DNA of 64,000 nt, from NCBI GenBank assembly GCA_002724555.1, contig PBOZ01000030.1, positions 7,799 to 71,798 of the forward strand, written 5' to 3'. This DNA comes from Rickettsiales bacterium (GTDB taxonomy: Bacteria; Pseudomonadota; Alphaproteobacteria; UBA8366). The notes under the pieces were generated by a model. It saw nothing but the letters and a program-made list of their open reading frames with translations. It had not been told where the DNA came from and searched no databases. The number at the start of each line of letters is the position of its first letter. Positions within the stretch are counted from its first letter, which is position 1. A program made the position numbers and the translations under genes. Positions 20,467 to 31,354 of this stretch are shown here, piece by piece.

Positions 20467-21435
20467 ATGGAAACGCGACAACTCGGCCAACTATGGCCGG
20501 TTAGTGCGCTCTCTTTGGGTGGTGGTGGCATTGGGCAACTCTGGGGGAAAACGACCCGCGATGAATGCATTGCTACTGTTCAAAAAGCGATCGATCTCGG
20601 CATTACACTTTTAGATATGGCGCCCAGCTACGGAAACGGCGAAGCGGAATTGGTTGTCGGTGCGGCATTCAATGGCAATCTGCCGGCCGGCGTTCGTGTT
20701 TCCACGAAACATAGGCTGGGCGAAACCAATCCAGACAAGATCGAACAGGATATCCGACGTGGGCTAACCGAAAGTTTAAAACGATTACGACTCGAGAGGG
20801 TCGATCTATTCTTCCTGCACTCGAACATCATTCCACACGACTTCGATGCCAGTGTCTACGTCACTCGCCCAGCGACGCGCTGGCGCGTTTATAAAGAACA
20901 TTTCATCCCTACCTGCAAAAAACTGGTTGCCGAGGGCAAAATCGGAGCCTGGTCGATTACCGGCATCGGCGTTCCAGAGTGTCTAATCGCGGCTTTAGAC
21001 CTTGATGATAAACCGGCCGCAGTTCAATGCATTGCCAATTTACTCGACTCGCCGGGGGACCTGAAATACTTCCCGGGGCCAAGCCGAGCACGTGAGATAA
21101 TCAAGAAGACGAAATCAGTCGGGGCCGGCGTTCTTGGCATTCGGCCAGTCCAAGGTGGTGCTTTGACAGATGCGATCGACCGGGCATTGCCGGCGGAACA
21201 TGGTGTTGTCACCGACTACGTCCTAGCAGCAGATTATCGTTTGCTCGCCAAGAAACTCGGCACAACACCGGCAGCTCTCGCGCATCGCTATGCACTTGCG
21301 ATGGAAGGCGTGGATACGGTTGTACTTGGGTGCAAGAATACAACGGAACTGCAAGAATGTGTCGCTGCAGCCACCCAAGGCCCGCTGGAACCGGAAATTA
21401 TTGCACAAATTGATGCATCCATATCTCACACCTAA
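20467..21435 (+). CDS. Aldo/keto reductase
   Basis: LDMAPSYGNGEAE, STK and SLKRLRLERVDLFFLH motifs; start chosen after a GGAGGA RBS. Confidence 0.9.
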   Translation: METRQLGQLWPVSALSLGGGGIGQLWGKTTRDECIATVQKAIDLGITLLDMAPSYGNGEAELVVGAAFNGNLPAGVRVSTKHRLGETNPDKIEQDIRRGLTESLKRLRLERVDLFFLHSNIIPHDFDASVYVTRPATRWRVYKEHFIPTCKKLVAEGKIGAWSITGIGVPECLIAALDLDDKPAAVQCIANLLDSPGDLKYFPGPSRAREIIKKTKSVGAGVLGIRPVQGGALTDAIDRALPAEHGVVTDYVLAADYRLLAKKLGTTPAALAHRYALAMEGVDTVVLGCKNTTELQECVAAATQGPLEPEIIAQIDASISHT

Positions 21436-21471
21436 AATCCCCCAGTTACCAATACCGAAAGGATTGCTTAG

Positions 21472-22269
21472 ATGTCCGACCTACTCATTGATGTCACCGA
21501 TGGTGTCGCCACCCTGACAATGAACCGGCCCAAAGCCCGCAACGCACTTTCGTTAGAAATGCGCAGCGACATGCATACGTTTCTTGACGAACACGAGAAT
21601 GACGACAGTGTGCGCTGCGTCGTGATAAAGGGCGCCGGCGAGCACTTCATGGCAGGAGGTGATGTAAAATCTTTTGCCCAGATGGCTAAGGAGCAGGAAC
21701 CCGATGAATTGCGCCGCCATTTTCTGCGTCGGATCCACGATTTGCATGGATTTATTTCTGCCATGCGACGTTTCCCGAAGCCTATTATCGCGTCAGTACG
21801 CGGTGCAGCCGCAGGTGCTGGCGTTAGCCTAGCCGCAGCCTGTGACCTAATAATAGCGTCCGAAGATGCATTTTTTACATTGGCCTACTGTCATATCGGC
21901 ATTAGCCCCGATGGTTCGGCAACATATGCGCTACCGCGCATGGTTGGTGTTAAGAAGGCAATGGAGATGGTCCTCCTCGGCGACCGTTTAAACGCGCAAG
22001 CCATGGCCAATGCTGGGTTGGTTAATATGGTGGTCTCAGATGCAGAACTTGATGCCGAAACCAATAAAATTGCCCAACGACTTGCGCAAGGCCCTACCCG
22101 CGCTTACGGTCACGCAAAACGACTGATGTGGGGTTCCGTTAATAACCAGCTAGAACATCAATTGCAGTTGGAAGCAGAAGCTTTTGCCGATTGTGCAGCT
22201 GGACACGATTTCCGAGAGGGCGTTACCGCTTTCGTTGAAAAACGAAGTCCTAACTTTAAAGGCAGCTGA
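21472..22269 (+). CDS. Enoyl-CoA hydratase/isomerase (PaaG-like)
   Basis: FMAGGDVK, AAGAG, GISPDG and DFREGVTAFVEKR motifs. Confidence 0.88.
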   Translation: MSDLLIDVTDGVATLTMNRPKARNALSLEMRSDMHTFLDEHENDDSVRCVVIKGAGEHFMAGGDVKSFAQMAKEQEPDELRRHFLRRIHDLHGFISAMRRFPKPIIASVRGAAAGAGVSLAAACDLIIASEDAFFTLAYCHIGISPDGSATYALPRMVGVKKAMEMVLLGDRLNAQAMANAGLVNMVVSDAELDAETNKIAQRLAQGPTRAYGHAKRLMWGSVNNQLEHQLQLEAEAFADCAAGHDFREGVTAFVEKRSPNFKGS

Positions 22270-22338
22270 ATTTCATAATCCTGCAACAGACTGCAAGAAT
22301 AATAGGCGCTTTCTTATTTCAAAACACGGATATACCCG

Positions 22339-23424
22339 ATGACTATTCGCGTTGGCATTAACGGCTTTGGCCGAATGGGCCGCTTGACGATGAGAGCCGC
22401 ATGGGGCTTCGATCCATCTAAACCTAAGAGCCTTACCCAGCAAAGCGGCCTATGGGGCGGTGGCGCCTTTGAAATCGTCCATGTCAATGAAATTAAAGGT
22501 GGCATTGAAACGGCAGCGCATCTTCTAAAATTCGATAGCGTGCACGGTACTTGGCCAGTCGACGTTGCAGTTGACGGTAACAACATTCGTATTGGGGACC
22601 AAAGGGTTAGCTTTTCCGAAGCAGCTACGCCAGGCGATGTCGATTGGGCGGCGCAGGGCGTAGACTTGGTAATTGAATGTACAGGCAAATTTAAATCGAT
22701 GGAAACGCTATCGCCGTATTTCACGCGTGGCATCCAAAAAGTCATCGTTGCCGCTCCGGTCAAGGAACCAGAGGTTTTGAATGTTGTCATGGGCGTGAAC
22801 GACAACCTATACAATCCAGAAAAACACGCTGTGCTGACAGCCGCGAGTTGCACGACCAATTGTCTCGCACCGGTGATCAAAGTGGTGCATGAAGGGCTTG
22901 GTATCCGCCACGGCAGCATTACGACTATTCACGATGTTACTAACACTCAAATGGTGGTCGATGGACCGCATAAAGATTTACGGCGTGCCCGCTCCTCACT
23001 TATGAACCTAATCCCGACTTCGACGGGGTCCGCGACTGCCATCGGCATCATTTATCCAGAACTTCAGGGTAAGTTAAATGGATTGGCAATTCGGGTTCCG
23101 CTGCTGAATTCATCTTTGACAGATTGCGTCTTCGAGGTCGACCGCGAGACAACACCCGAAGAGGTTAATGAACTCATCAAGACCGCTGCAGAAGGCGCGC
23201 TCGCAGGCATCCTCGGATATGAAGAACGGCCCCTTGTTTCAACTGATTTTGTAAACGACGAACGGTCGTCTATTGTGGATGGTTTATCGACCATGGTCGT
23301 AGACGGCACCCAGCTGAAGATACTTGCCTGGTACGACAACGAATATGGCTATGTTTGCAGAATGGCGGAATTGACTAACAAGGTAGCCGTAAGTCTGAGT
23401 ACTCCGCAGGCAAGAGTGGAGTAA
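22339..23424 (+). CDS. gap: ArsJ-associated glyceraldehyde-3-phosphate dehydrogenase
   Basis: [24 protein letters not shown] and [10 protein letters not shown] motifs; directly upstream of arsJ. Confidence 0.92.
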   Translation: MTIRVGINGFGRMGRLTMRAAWGFDPSKPKSLTQQSGLWGGGAFEIVHVNEIKGGIETAAHLLKFDSVHGTWPVDVAVDGNNIRIGDQRVSFSEAATPGDVDWAAQGVDLVIECTGKFKSMETLSPYFTRGIQKVIVAAPVKEPEVLNVVMGVNDNLYNPEKHAVLTAASCTTNCLAPVIKVVHEGLGIRHGSITTIHDVTNTQMVVDGPHKDLRRARSSLMNLIPTSTGSATAIGIIYPELQGKLNGLAIRVPLLNSSLTDCVFEVDRETTPEEVNELIKTAAEGALAGILGYEERPLVSTDFVNDERSSIVDGLSTMVVDGTQLKILAWYDNEYGYVCRMAELTNKVAVSLSTPQARVE

Positions 23425-23437
23425 ACCGCGGCAAATT

Positions 23438-24667
23438 ATGGTCGACATTAAACACTATCTCGTCGTCACAACGGCTTATTGGGGTTTTACCTTGACGGAC
23501 GGCGCGCTGCGCATGCTCGTCTTACTCCACTTTCACACACTGGGTTACACACCGCTAGAACTCGCCTTCCTATTTCTGCTCTACGAATTTTTCGGTGTTG
23601 TTACCAATTTGCTTGCTGGTTGGATAGGCTCCCGTTTTGGACTGAAATTAACATTATATAGCGGACTTGGCATACAGGTCTTTGCCCTTTGGATGCTTTC
23701 GATGCTCGACCCCACGTGGGGAAAGGTGTCGGCTGTGACGTTTGTCATCGCGGCACAAGGTCTCTCAGGCATTGCCAAAGACTTAACCAAGATGAGTTCC
23801 AAAAGCGCGATCAAACTGATGATACCGAGCGACGCTCACTCCACCCTTTTCAAATGGGTCGCATTATTGACCGGCTCGAAAAATGCCCTGAAAGGCATTG
23901 GTTTCTTCATGGGTACGGCTTTACTTACGAGTCTCGGTTTTGAGCAAGCCCTCTGGGCGATGGCGGCTGGTCTCTTCGTTATTCTCGTCACATCGATTTC
24001 TCTTTTACCGAGCGGTATTGGCAAGTCCAAGGCGAAGGTGAAGTTTACGAAAATACTATCGAAGACCCGCGCTATAAACCTATTATCTGCCGCTCGCTTC
24101 TTTTTGTTCAGTGCCCGCGACGTCTGGTTTGTGGTCGGAGTCCCAATCTTTTTGCATGAAGTGATTGGTTGGGGCTTTATGCAGGTCGGTACTTTTATGG
24201 CCTGCTGGGTTATCGGCTATGGCGGCGTCCAAGCCATCGCGCCGAAGATCATCCCTCGTTCGGAAGATGGCCGGTCCAATGAATCCCGCGCCGCGCAGTT
24301 GTGGGCCTTCATCCTCGCTGCTATTCCAATTACAATCGCGGCCTTAGTTGAAAGCAATGTCGCGCCATCAGTGACTATTGTCGTCGGCCTCGCATTGTTC
24401 GGCATCATCTTTGCTATCAATTCATCGGTTCATTCGTACCTCATCCTCTCTTTTTCAGATACGGAGAAAGTCGCCCTCAATGTAGGCTTCTATTACATGG
24501 CAAATGCCGCTGGCAGGCTCGTCGGATGTCTCTTTTCCGGCCTTTCATATCAACTTTGGGGCCTAACTGGCTGTCTCATAACAGCCAGCGCCATGGTGCT
24601 CGCTGCCGGGGCTTTCACGATAGTCCTCGCTGGCACACAGCGTAACAACAGCGCTGAGAAAGTATAG
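23438..24667 (+). CDS. arsJ: Organoarsenical efflux MFS transporter ArsJ
   Basis: YWGFTLTDGALRMLVLLHF, AKDLTKMSSKSAIK, TGSKNALKG, ARDVWFVV and GFYYMANAAGRL motifs. Confidence 0.93.
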   Translation: MVDIKHYLVVTTAYWGFTLTDGALRMLVLLHFHTLGYTPLELAFLFLLYEFFGVVTNLLAGWIGSRFGLKLTLYSGLGIQVFALWMLSMLDPTWGKVSAVTFVIAAQGLSGIAKDLTKMSSKSAIKLMIPSDAHSTLFKWVALLTGSKNALKGIGFFMGTALLTSLGFEQALWAMAAGLFVILVTSISLLPSGIGKSKAKVKFTKILSKTRAINLLSAARFFLFSARDVWFVVGVPIFLHEVIGWGFMQVGTFMACWVIGYGGVQAIAPKIIPRSEDGRSNESRAAQLWAFILAAIPITIAALVESNVAPSVTIVVGLALFGIIFAINSSVHSYLILSFSDTEKVALNVGFYYMANAAGRLVGCLFSGLSYQLWGLTGCLITASAMVLAAGAFTIVLAGTQRNNSAEKV

Positions 24668-24762
24668 CACCCAGCCCCTTTCCGAAGCCGCGGCTAAACT
24701 CATATTAGTCAACGATGCGCCCTGGCCGCGGTGCGCTAATATTTCCAACTAGGAGCGAGTGC

Positions 24763-26403
24763 ATGAAAGGCGGAGAAGCCGTTGTCGAGACCTTGATCAC
24801 GCATGGTGTGGATACCGCATTTACGGTACCAGGCGAAAGTTTCCTTTATGCCCTCGAAGGGATGCGAAAAAATGCCGATAAGATACGTGTTGTGTCCGTT
24901 CGGCAGGAAGGCGGTGGTGCCTTTATGGCAGAAGCTTATGGGAAGCTCACAGGTCGTCCGGCCGCGGTTTTCGTAAGCCGAGGTCCGGGATCCTCGAATG
25001 CCGCAATCGGCATTCATACGGCCATGCAGGATTCAACACCAATGGTCGTCTTCGTCGGACACGTGAATGCGAAATCAATGGGCCGGGAATCCTTTCAAGA
25101 AATTAATCAACACGCTTTTTTTGGCGAAGTGGCAAAGGCCGTGCTTTCACCGAAGAACACTGACGACATCCCCCACGCCACAGCCGAAGCGATTCGTCTT
25201 TCAACGGATGGACGCCCGGGCCCAATCGTCGTTCAGATCCCTCGGGACGTATCCTCCATGGAGACCCACACGGCAATACCGGAGCCGACACCAAGAACGC
25301 CTCATACTCCTGACCTCAAACTGATTGATCAGGCAGCCAAAATAATCGATGCAGCGGAAGCCCCTTTGATCATCGCCGGAGAGATGATATCGAACCAAAA
25401 TGCATCCACCGAATTGACCGATTTCGCTGCGACCGGAAGCCTACCAGTAATGAGCGCCTACCGGCGCCTCGATGTGATGGCTAATAGCCACGTTTGCTAT
25501 GCTGGTCATCTCGAGATCAACCGGTTCGAGAGCCAACTGGCCGCAATCGAGGCTTGCGATCTGGTGGTCGCTATTGGCTCAAGATTGGACGGGATTACCT
25601 CCGCCGACGAAACGATGCTTTGCGTTGGCAAACCATTGGTTCACATTTATCCCGACTCAAATATCCTGGCTCGCTTTGAAAGCGATGTCTCCATTGATTC
25701 CGACATGAAGCCCGCCCTCGATGCATTACGAAAGAAACTCGCCCCACCCAGTGCTGCCCGCATCGCACGCACTCAAGAATTGCACAACTCATTCCTGACC
25801 TTCTCTCAACCGGGCAATTTTACCGCCTATGGTGCCGTCGACCTTGCCCGTGTGATCGACACCATGGACCGGATAATCGACCAAGAAGCCACCATCGTCA
25901 CAGATGCCGGAAGCTTCTCACGATGGATACATCGCTATCGACGGTTTGAACGGCCCCACACTAAAGCAGGCCCAATGTCAGGGGCCATGGGCTATTCAGT
26001 GCCCGGAGCTGTCGGCGCCAAGTTGGCGCGACCGGACCACGAAGTTATCGCCTTCGTTGGTGATGGTGGCTTCATGATGACGGGGCAAGAACTGGTGACG
26101 GCTGTCGAACAGAAACTACCAATCCGCATTATTGTTTGTGATAACGCCGTCCATGGATCAATCCTAGCTGGACAGGATAAAACTTTCGGGCCCGGGAACG
26201 AGATCGCCACGGTCCTGCAAAGCCCCGACTTCGCGGCGATAGCCATCGCTTACGGTGCCGAAGCATATACTGTCACTCGGTCCGACGATTTTGAGGTCGC
26301 ATTCCAAAATGCGCGGGCGGCCAAAGGTCCATCCCTCATTCACCTGCTCACCGACCGGCGTGATATTGCGCCCTATGGCGAAAGCCGAGAGGCGGTACAC
26401 TAA
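24763..26403 (+). CDS. ThDP-dependent enzyme (acetolactate synthase-like)
   Basis: VPGESF, RQEGG and GDGGFMMTGQEL...DN motifs; AGGAG RBS. Confidence 0.9.
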   Translation: MKGGEAVVETLITHGVDTAFTVPGESFLYALEGMRKNADKIRVVSVRQEGGGAFMAEAYGKLTGRPAAVFVSRGPGSSNAAIGIHTAMQDSTPMVVFVGHVNAKSMGRESFQEINQHAFFGEVAKAVLSPKNTDDIPHATAEAIRLSTDGRPGPIVVQIPRDVSSMETHTAIPEPTPRTPHTPDLKLIDQAAKIIDAAEAPLIIAGEMISNQNASTELTDFAATGSLPVMSAYRRLDVMANSHVCYAGHLEINRFESQLAAIEACDLVVAIGSRLDGITSADETMLCVGKPLVHIYPDSNILARFESDVSIDSDMKPALDALRKKLAPPSAARIARTQELHNSFLTFSQPGNFTAYGAVDLARVIDTMDRIIDQEATIVTDAGSFSRWIHRYRRFERPHTKAGPMSGAMGYSVPGAVGAKLARPDHEVIAFVGDGGFMMTGQELVTAVEQKLPIRIIVCDNAVHGSILAGQDKTFGPGNEIATVLQSPDFAAIAIAYGAEAYTVTRSDDFEVAFQNARAAKGPSLIHLLTDRRDIAPYGESREAVH

Positions 26404-27458
26404 TGGCCATCAATAGATTTCCTTTATTTTACTTCAATCGATGGCAGCACCCGATCGGTCAAGAACTCCTTGATGAAACGGATGCATTTGACATCCGCTT
26501 CTTGAAAACCGAAATGCCCGAGACGGAGACTTGGCCTAAGATTGAAACGTCGCTCGGCTTCCAGATCGGGTCCGCACGTGACGAGTTGCCGGCGCAGTAC
26601 CATGTCAGCACAGCATTTCTAAAGAGAGCACCCACGCTGATTGCTATCTGCACGCATGGCGCCGGATACGATACAGTCGACTTGGACGCCTGTGCGCAAG
26701 CCGGGGTGCTGGTCTGCAACCAAACAGGCAAAAATGGTGAGGCGGTTGCAGAACACGCGCTTGGCATGATGCTATCGCTCGGCAAGAAGATCTTAGAAGC
26801 TGACCGACGGATGCGAAGCGATCGTGATTGGGACCGCAATCTGTTCATGGGCCAGGATATGCTTGGCAAGACGGTTGGTGTTGTTGGACTTGGTAATATA
26901 GGCCGTCGGGTGGCTGAGCTGTGCGGACAATTGTTTCGAATGCGTGTTCTTGCTTACGACCCCTATCTTTCGCCTGCCGATTTCAAGGAACGAGGGGCTG
27001 AGCCGGTGCAGCTCGACGAACTCTTGCGCGAATCAGACTATGTCACCGTTCATACCCCGCGGACTGAAAAAACAAAGGGCATGTTTAGCACAAAAGAATT
27101 CAGTCTCATGAAGAAGAGCGCTTATTTCGTGATAACCGCCCGAGGCGGTATTGTCGATGAGGCAGCGCTTGCCAATGCTCTGAAGTCGGGCGGTCTTGCT
27201 GCTGCAGGGATCGATGTTTTCGAAGTCGAGCCGCCACCGCTTAATGATCCACTTATCGGATTGACCAACGTAATACTCACGCCGCATACAGCCGGTGTAA
27301 CGTTGGACGCGCGTATGAATTGTGCACGGGGCGCGGCAGAGCAATGGATTGCACTTTCCGAAGGTCGCCGTCCAGATCGGATCGTCAATCCAGATGTGTG
27401 GCCTAAGTTCTGCAAACGATACGAGGCACATGTTGGTAAGCCGATGCAGCAAGGCTAA
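26403..27458 (+). CDS. D-isomer-specific 2-hydroxyacid dehydrogenase
   Basis: GLGNIG, TARGG, DVFEVEP and TPHTAG motifs. Confidence 0.92.
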   Translation: MAINRFPLFYFNRWQHPIGQELLDETDAFDIRFLKTEMPETETWPKIETSLGFQIGSARDELPAQYHVSTAFLKRAPTLIAICTHGAGYDTVDLDACAQAGVLVCNQTGKNGEAVAEHALGMMLSLGKKILEADRRMRSDRDWDRNLFMGQDMLGKTVGVVGLGNIGRRVAELCGQLFRMRVLAYDPYLSPADFKERGAEPVQLDELLRESDYVTVHTPRTEKTKGMFSTKEFSLMKKSAYFVITARGGIVDEAALANALKSGGLAAAGIDVFEVEPPPLNDPLIGLTNVILTPHTAGVTLDARMNCARGAAEQWIALSEGRRPDRIVNPDVWPKFCKRYEAHVGKPMQQG

Positions 27459-27815
27459 CAACAAACCTTAAAATGCTCATAGAACTGTCCATATTTGGAT
27501 ACTCAAAGGCGACTGCTTATCACACGTCAATTGTGTGGGGTGCCGTCTCATGAAAAATACTAATAACATCACCTTATTACTGCAGTCTTTACCCCTATTT
27601 GTTGGCTCCCCAGCGGGCGACCATCGTTTGGCTACATGCGGCTATACTTGGTTCGTTTCAAATTTTTTCAGAAACCAACATGACGGCGATCGCACTTCAG
27701 CTAAATTAATTTAAGCTTGGTAATTTGCTGGATTGACGCGGCTATCGCTTTTGCCGAATGTACATCCGATCGGCCGAAAAAAAGGGCCGCTCTAGTTCAC
27801 TCTGCGAGGCATTCC

Positions 27816-29051
27816 ATGTATGCGGAGATTCTAGCTCTGGGAGCCCTGATGGTTGGCATGTGTGGTCTCCTGTTGGGCAATGGTCTTTTTGGGACGCTCA
27901 CCGCTTTGCGCATGACAGAGGAGGGTTTCGATCCGACAATTATCGGTGCCGTCCTATCCTGCCATTCGATCGGGTTCATTGTTGGCTGTCTTTACGGCCA
28001 ACGCATTATTCAACGAACCGGCCATATCCGCTGCTTTGCCGCCTTCGCGGCAATGCTCGCCGTCGTCTGCCTGGTCCTTCCAATGATGATAGAATGGTTC
28101 ACGTGGATCCCACTGCGCCTCGTCTTCGGTTTCAGTTCTGCCATGGTCTTCATGGTAGCAGAAAGCTGGCTGACAGGCGCCGCTTCCAGCGAGACTAAGG
28201 GCCGTGTGTTTGCCGTTTATATGGTAATCAACAAAGGGTCGTTTGGCGCCGGACAACTCCTGCTACTGCTTGGCGATCCGTCCGGCGACCGGCTCTTCAT
28301 GCTGACCGCCATCTTATTCGGCATCTGTCTTGTCCCAATCGCACTCAGCGGCAAAGGTGCTCCGCCGAATATCGATACCGAGCGGATTGGTCTCCGCGAA
28401 CTCTACCAACTTTCACCGGTCGGCGTAGTTGGGGCTGCGACTGCCGGTTTCACGAATGCGCCGTTAATGGGACTCGGTCCAGTCTTTGGTGCACAAGTAG
28501 GCCTCGGGATCGAAGGCGTTTCGTATTTCATGGCGATCTTCCTACTTGGCAGTCTCGCCTTACAGGTGCCGATCGGCCGTTTATCAGATAAATACGACCG
28601 ACGCGGTGTCTTGATTGGGGTCGCGGTCGCCTCGGCCATCTCCTGCGGAACCATGACGCTCCTTTCGACATTGGGTGCCTGGCCCATCCTGTGTATGAGT
28701 TTCGTCATTGGCGGCTTGAGCGCCGTCGTTTATCCAATCGCTATGGCGCACGCGAACGATCACACAAACCCGGAAGCGATGGTATCGATCATGGCCGGTC
28801 TCTTGCTTGCATTTGGCATCGGCGCCAGCATTAGTCCCTTCTTTGCGGCACTCGCAATGAAATGGATGGGACCAATCGGGTTATACCTATACTGCGCCAT
28901 GGTTTACGCATCGCTTGCGGGTTTTATCATCTATCGGCGGACACGACGGGCACCAGTTTCCGAGACAACAGATTTCGTGGCGCAACCACAAACCTCACAG
29001 TCAAGTGCCGTTGTTGTTGGCTTGGACCCAAGGACAGATGACACTGAGTAG
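27816..29051 (+). CDS. MFS transporter (YcaD-like)
   Basis: About 12 TM segments; GHIRCFA, AESWL and PIGRLSDKYDRR motifs. Confidence 0.88.
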   Translation: MYAEILALGALMVGMCGLLLGNGLFGTLTALRMTEEGFDPTIIGAVLSCHSIGFIVGCLYGQRIIQRTGHIRCFAAFAAMLAVVCLVLPMMIEWFTWIPLRLVFGFSSAMVFMVAESWLTGAASSETKGRVFAVYMVINKGSFGAGQLLLLLGDPSGDRLFMLTAILFGICLVPIALSGKGAPPNIDTERIGLRELYQLSPVGVVGAATAGFTNAPLMGLGPVFGAQVGLGIEGVSYFMAIFLLGSLALQVPIGRLSDKYDRRGVLIGVAVASAISCGTMTLLSTLGAWPILCMSFVIGGLSAVVYPIAMAHANDHTNPEAMVSIMAGLLLAFGIGASISPFFAALAMKWMGPIGLYLYCAMVYASLAGFIIYRRTRRAPVSETTDFVAQPQTSQSSAVVVGLDPRTDDTE

Positions 29052-29079
29052 GACAGGAATGTGCCTACCTAAGTGTTAA

Positions 29080-29862
29080 CTATTCTTTGTAAGAGGGATC
29101 GAGGCGATCAGCCAATCGAATACAAGCTTCCCAATCTTTTCCGCCTTTCAAAAAATCGCCCGCGTCCATAAATTGGGAGTGTGCGTATTCGCAAGCTTCT
29201 TTCGTCGGAACAATGTAGTTCCCCTCGCCTGCCGCCAGAGCCGCGATCTGTCCCTGACAGGCCATTTCGAGCCAGTGATGATTAACAACACATTCCGGTG
29301 CGCTTTCGCCGCAGACCAATGCCCCATGGCTCTTCAGCAACATATATTTTCCGCCTTCAAGGTCACGCATTAGTTTACCCGTCATGTCCGGATCAAACTC
29401 GAACCCTTCGAACTCGTGATACTTCATCTCACCATAGAACCGCATGGCATGTTGATTAATTGGAAGCAGCCCAAATTTATGCGCGCAAACTCCCATCACA
29501 TTCGGCGTATGCGTATGTAACACAGCATTCAGGTCAGGACGCCCCTTTAGCAGTCCGGCATGGATAATCAGGGCACCACCACGAATTTGTGGACCGTCTT
29601 CCGGGATAAGCGGGTTGCCATCGAGATCACACTTGATCAGGGAGGACGCGGTAACTTCCATAAACATCCAGTCGGTGCGTTTTACAAGCATGGCTTCCGG
29701 CTCACCTGGCACGCGCAGACTAAAATGGTTGTAGGTCATATCATTAACACCGTAGTAAGCCAGGACACGGTGTCCAGCAGCTAACTCAATGCGCGCTTGC
29801 CATTCCTCCGCACTCACTTGGTCCTCAACAGACCCTTTGCCTTTCACTAGTTGAACCGACAT
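29080..29862 (-). CDS. Class II aldolase/adducin family protein
   Basis: YNHFSLRVPG, IH, HTHT and HG metal-binding motifs. Confidence 0.9.
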   Translation of the reverse strand: MSVQLVKGKGSVEDQVSAEEWQARIELAAGHRVLAYYGVNDMTYNHFSLRVPGEPEAMLVKRTDWMFMEVTASSLIKCDLDGNPLIPEDGPQIRGGALIIHAGLLKGRPDLNAVLHTHTPNVMGVCAHKFGLLPINQHAMRFYGEMKYHEFEGFEFDPDMTGKLMRDLEGGKYMLLKSHGALVCGESAPECVVNHHWLEMACQGQIAALAAGEGNYIVPTKEACEYAHSQFMDAGDFLKGGKDWEACIRLADRLDPSYKE

Positions 29863-30175
29863 TGTTGTCTCTCCTGTTGCAGTGCGGGTTTTCCCATGAA
29901 TATGAATTTAGAAACAACCTATGCCGACATCAAAATTGGAAAAGCGTAAGACACAGCGTGCACCGCACGAAAGAACGCAAAAAGTCCTTCGTTCAAAGCC
30001 GAATAGGCTTATCAAAGAAAAATTCAACAGTGGGCTCTTCAACCATATTTTAATCAAAATCATCGAGTAGGTTAGTTTCCGCTGGACCCGAAGAGCTAGG
30101 CCCCTATCTTTCCTATCAAATGCTAGCTGGAAAGCTGGCACTTATCGCAATTCAATTTCAAGGATCACGCGGATC

Positions 30176-31354
30176 ATGAGTATTAAGGGCAAGGCCTATA
30201 TTGCGGGGATATATGAACATCCCACGCGAAAGGCGATTGATAAGTCCGTCGCCCAGTTACATGCGGAGAGCGCTGCTGGTGCACTTGCAGATGCAGGACT
30301 GGGACCAGATGACGTCGATGCGTATTACTGTGCAGGCGATGCGCCGGGCCTCGGCCCGCTATCTATGATTGACTACATGGGGCTTAAGAATGTCCGCCAT
30401 ATGGATTCGACGGAAACCGGTGGCTCCTCCTACGTCGTCCATATCGGCCACGCAGCCCAGGCCATCGCTATGGGAAAAGCAAACGTCTGCCTGATCACTT
30501 TAGCTGGACGCCCGCGCGCCGAGGGTATGGCGACCGGGACCGCACCACGGAACTACGGCTCGGACGCCCCGGACGTGCCGTTTGAGTATATTTATGGCCC
30601 CACCGTGGTAAATATGTATGGAATGGCTGCCCGTCGGCACATGCACGAATATGGCACAACCAGCGAACAACTCGCCTGGATCAAAGTGGCCGCCTCACAC
30701 CACGCACAACACAACGAACACGCTATGCTCCGCGATGTCGTCTCAGTGGAAGACGTGGTCAGTTCACCGATGATTGCCGATCCGCTGCACCGTCTCGATT
30801 GCTGCGTGATTTCAGATGGCGGCGGGGCCTTCCTTGTTGTCAGTCCGGAAATTGCTAAATCCCTCGACCGAGATTGCGCAAAAATTTTAGGCCACGGCGA
30901 ATCGCCAAAAAATATTATAAATGGTCAGGTTGACCTTACCTACACTGGTGGACATTACTCTGGGCCCCAAGCATTCGAAGAAGCAGGCATTAAGCCAGGT
31001 GACATTGACTATGCCTCAATCTATGACAGTTTCACGATCACGGTGCTAGAGACAATTGAAGACCTCGGCTTCTGTGAAAAAGGCAAAGGCGGAGCCTTTG
31101 TATCCGACGGAAATCTGATTTCGGGCCAAGGCAAGCTCCCATTCAACACCGACGGCGGAGGGCTTTGCAATAACCACCCAATGAACCGGGGTGGTCTCAC
31201 CAAAGTCCTGGAAGCAGTCCGCCAATTGCGTGGTGAAGCGCATCCAGCCGTGCAGGTAAATGACTGCCAACTGGTATTGGCGCACGGCACCGGCGGCTCA
31301 CTTGGCACCCGCATGGGGAGTTCAACCGTTATCTTGGGGAGGGAAGACGCATGA
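30176..31354 (+). CDS. SCP-x/Ltp2-like thiolase-domain protein
   Basis: DCCVISDGGGA, YDSFTITV, NTDGGGL and EAVRQLRGEA motifs; no Cys in the ETGGSSY loop. Confidence 0.88.
   Translation: MSIKGKAYIAGIYEHPTRKAIDKSVAQLHAESAAGALADAGLGPDDVDAYYCAGDAPGLGPLSMIDYMGLKNVRHMDSTETGGSSYVVHIGHAAQAIAMGKANVCLITLAGRPRAEGMATGTAPRNYGSDAPDVPFEYIYGPTVVNMYGMAARRHMHEYGTTSEQLAWIKVAASHHAQHNEHAMLRDVVSVEDVVSSPMIADPLHRLDCCVISDGGGAFLVVSPEIAKSLDRDCAKILGHGESPKNIINGQVDLTYTGGHYSGPQAFEEAGIKPGDIDYASIYDSFTITVLETIEDLGFCEKGKGGAFVSDGNLISGQGKLPFNTDGGGLCNNHPMNRGGLTKVLEAVRQLRGEAHPAVQVNDCQLVLAHGTGGSLGTRMGSSTVILGREDA

Noticed and set aside
27550-27714. 54-codon ORF MKNTNNITLLLQ... in the gap before the MFS gene
   Set aside because: No recognisable motif or clear RBS; it could be chance.
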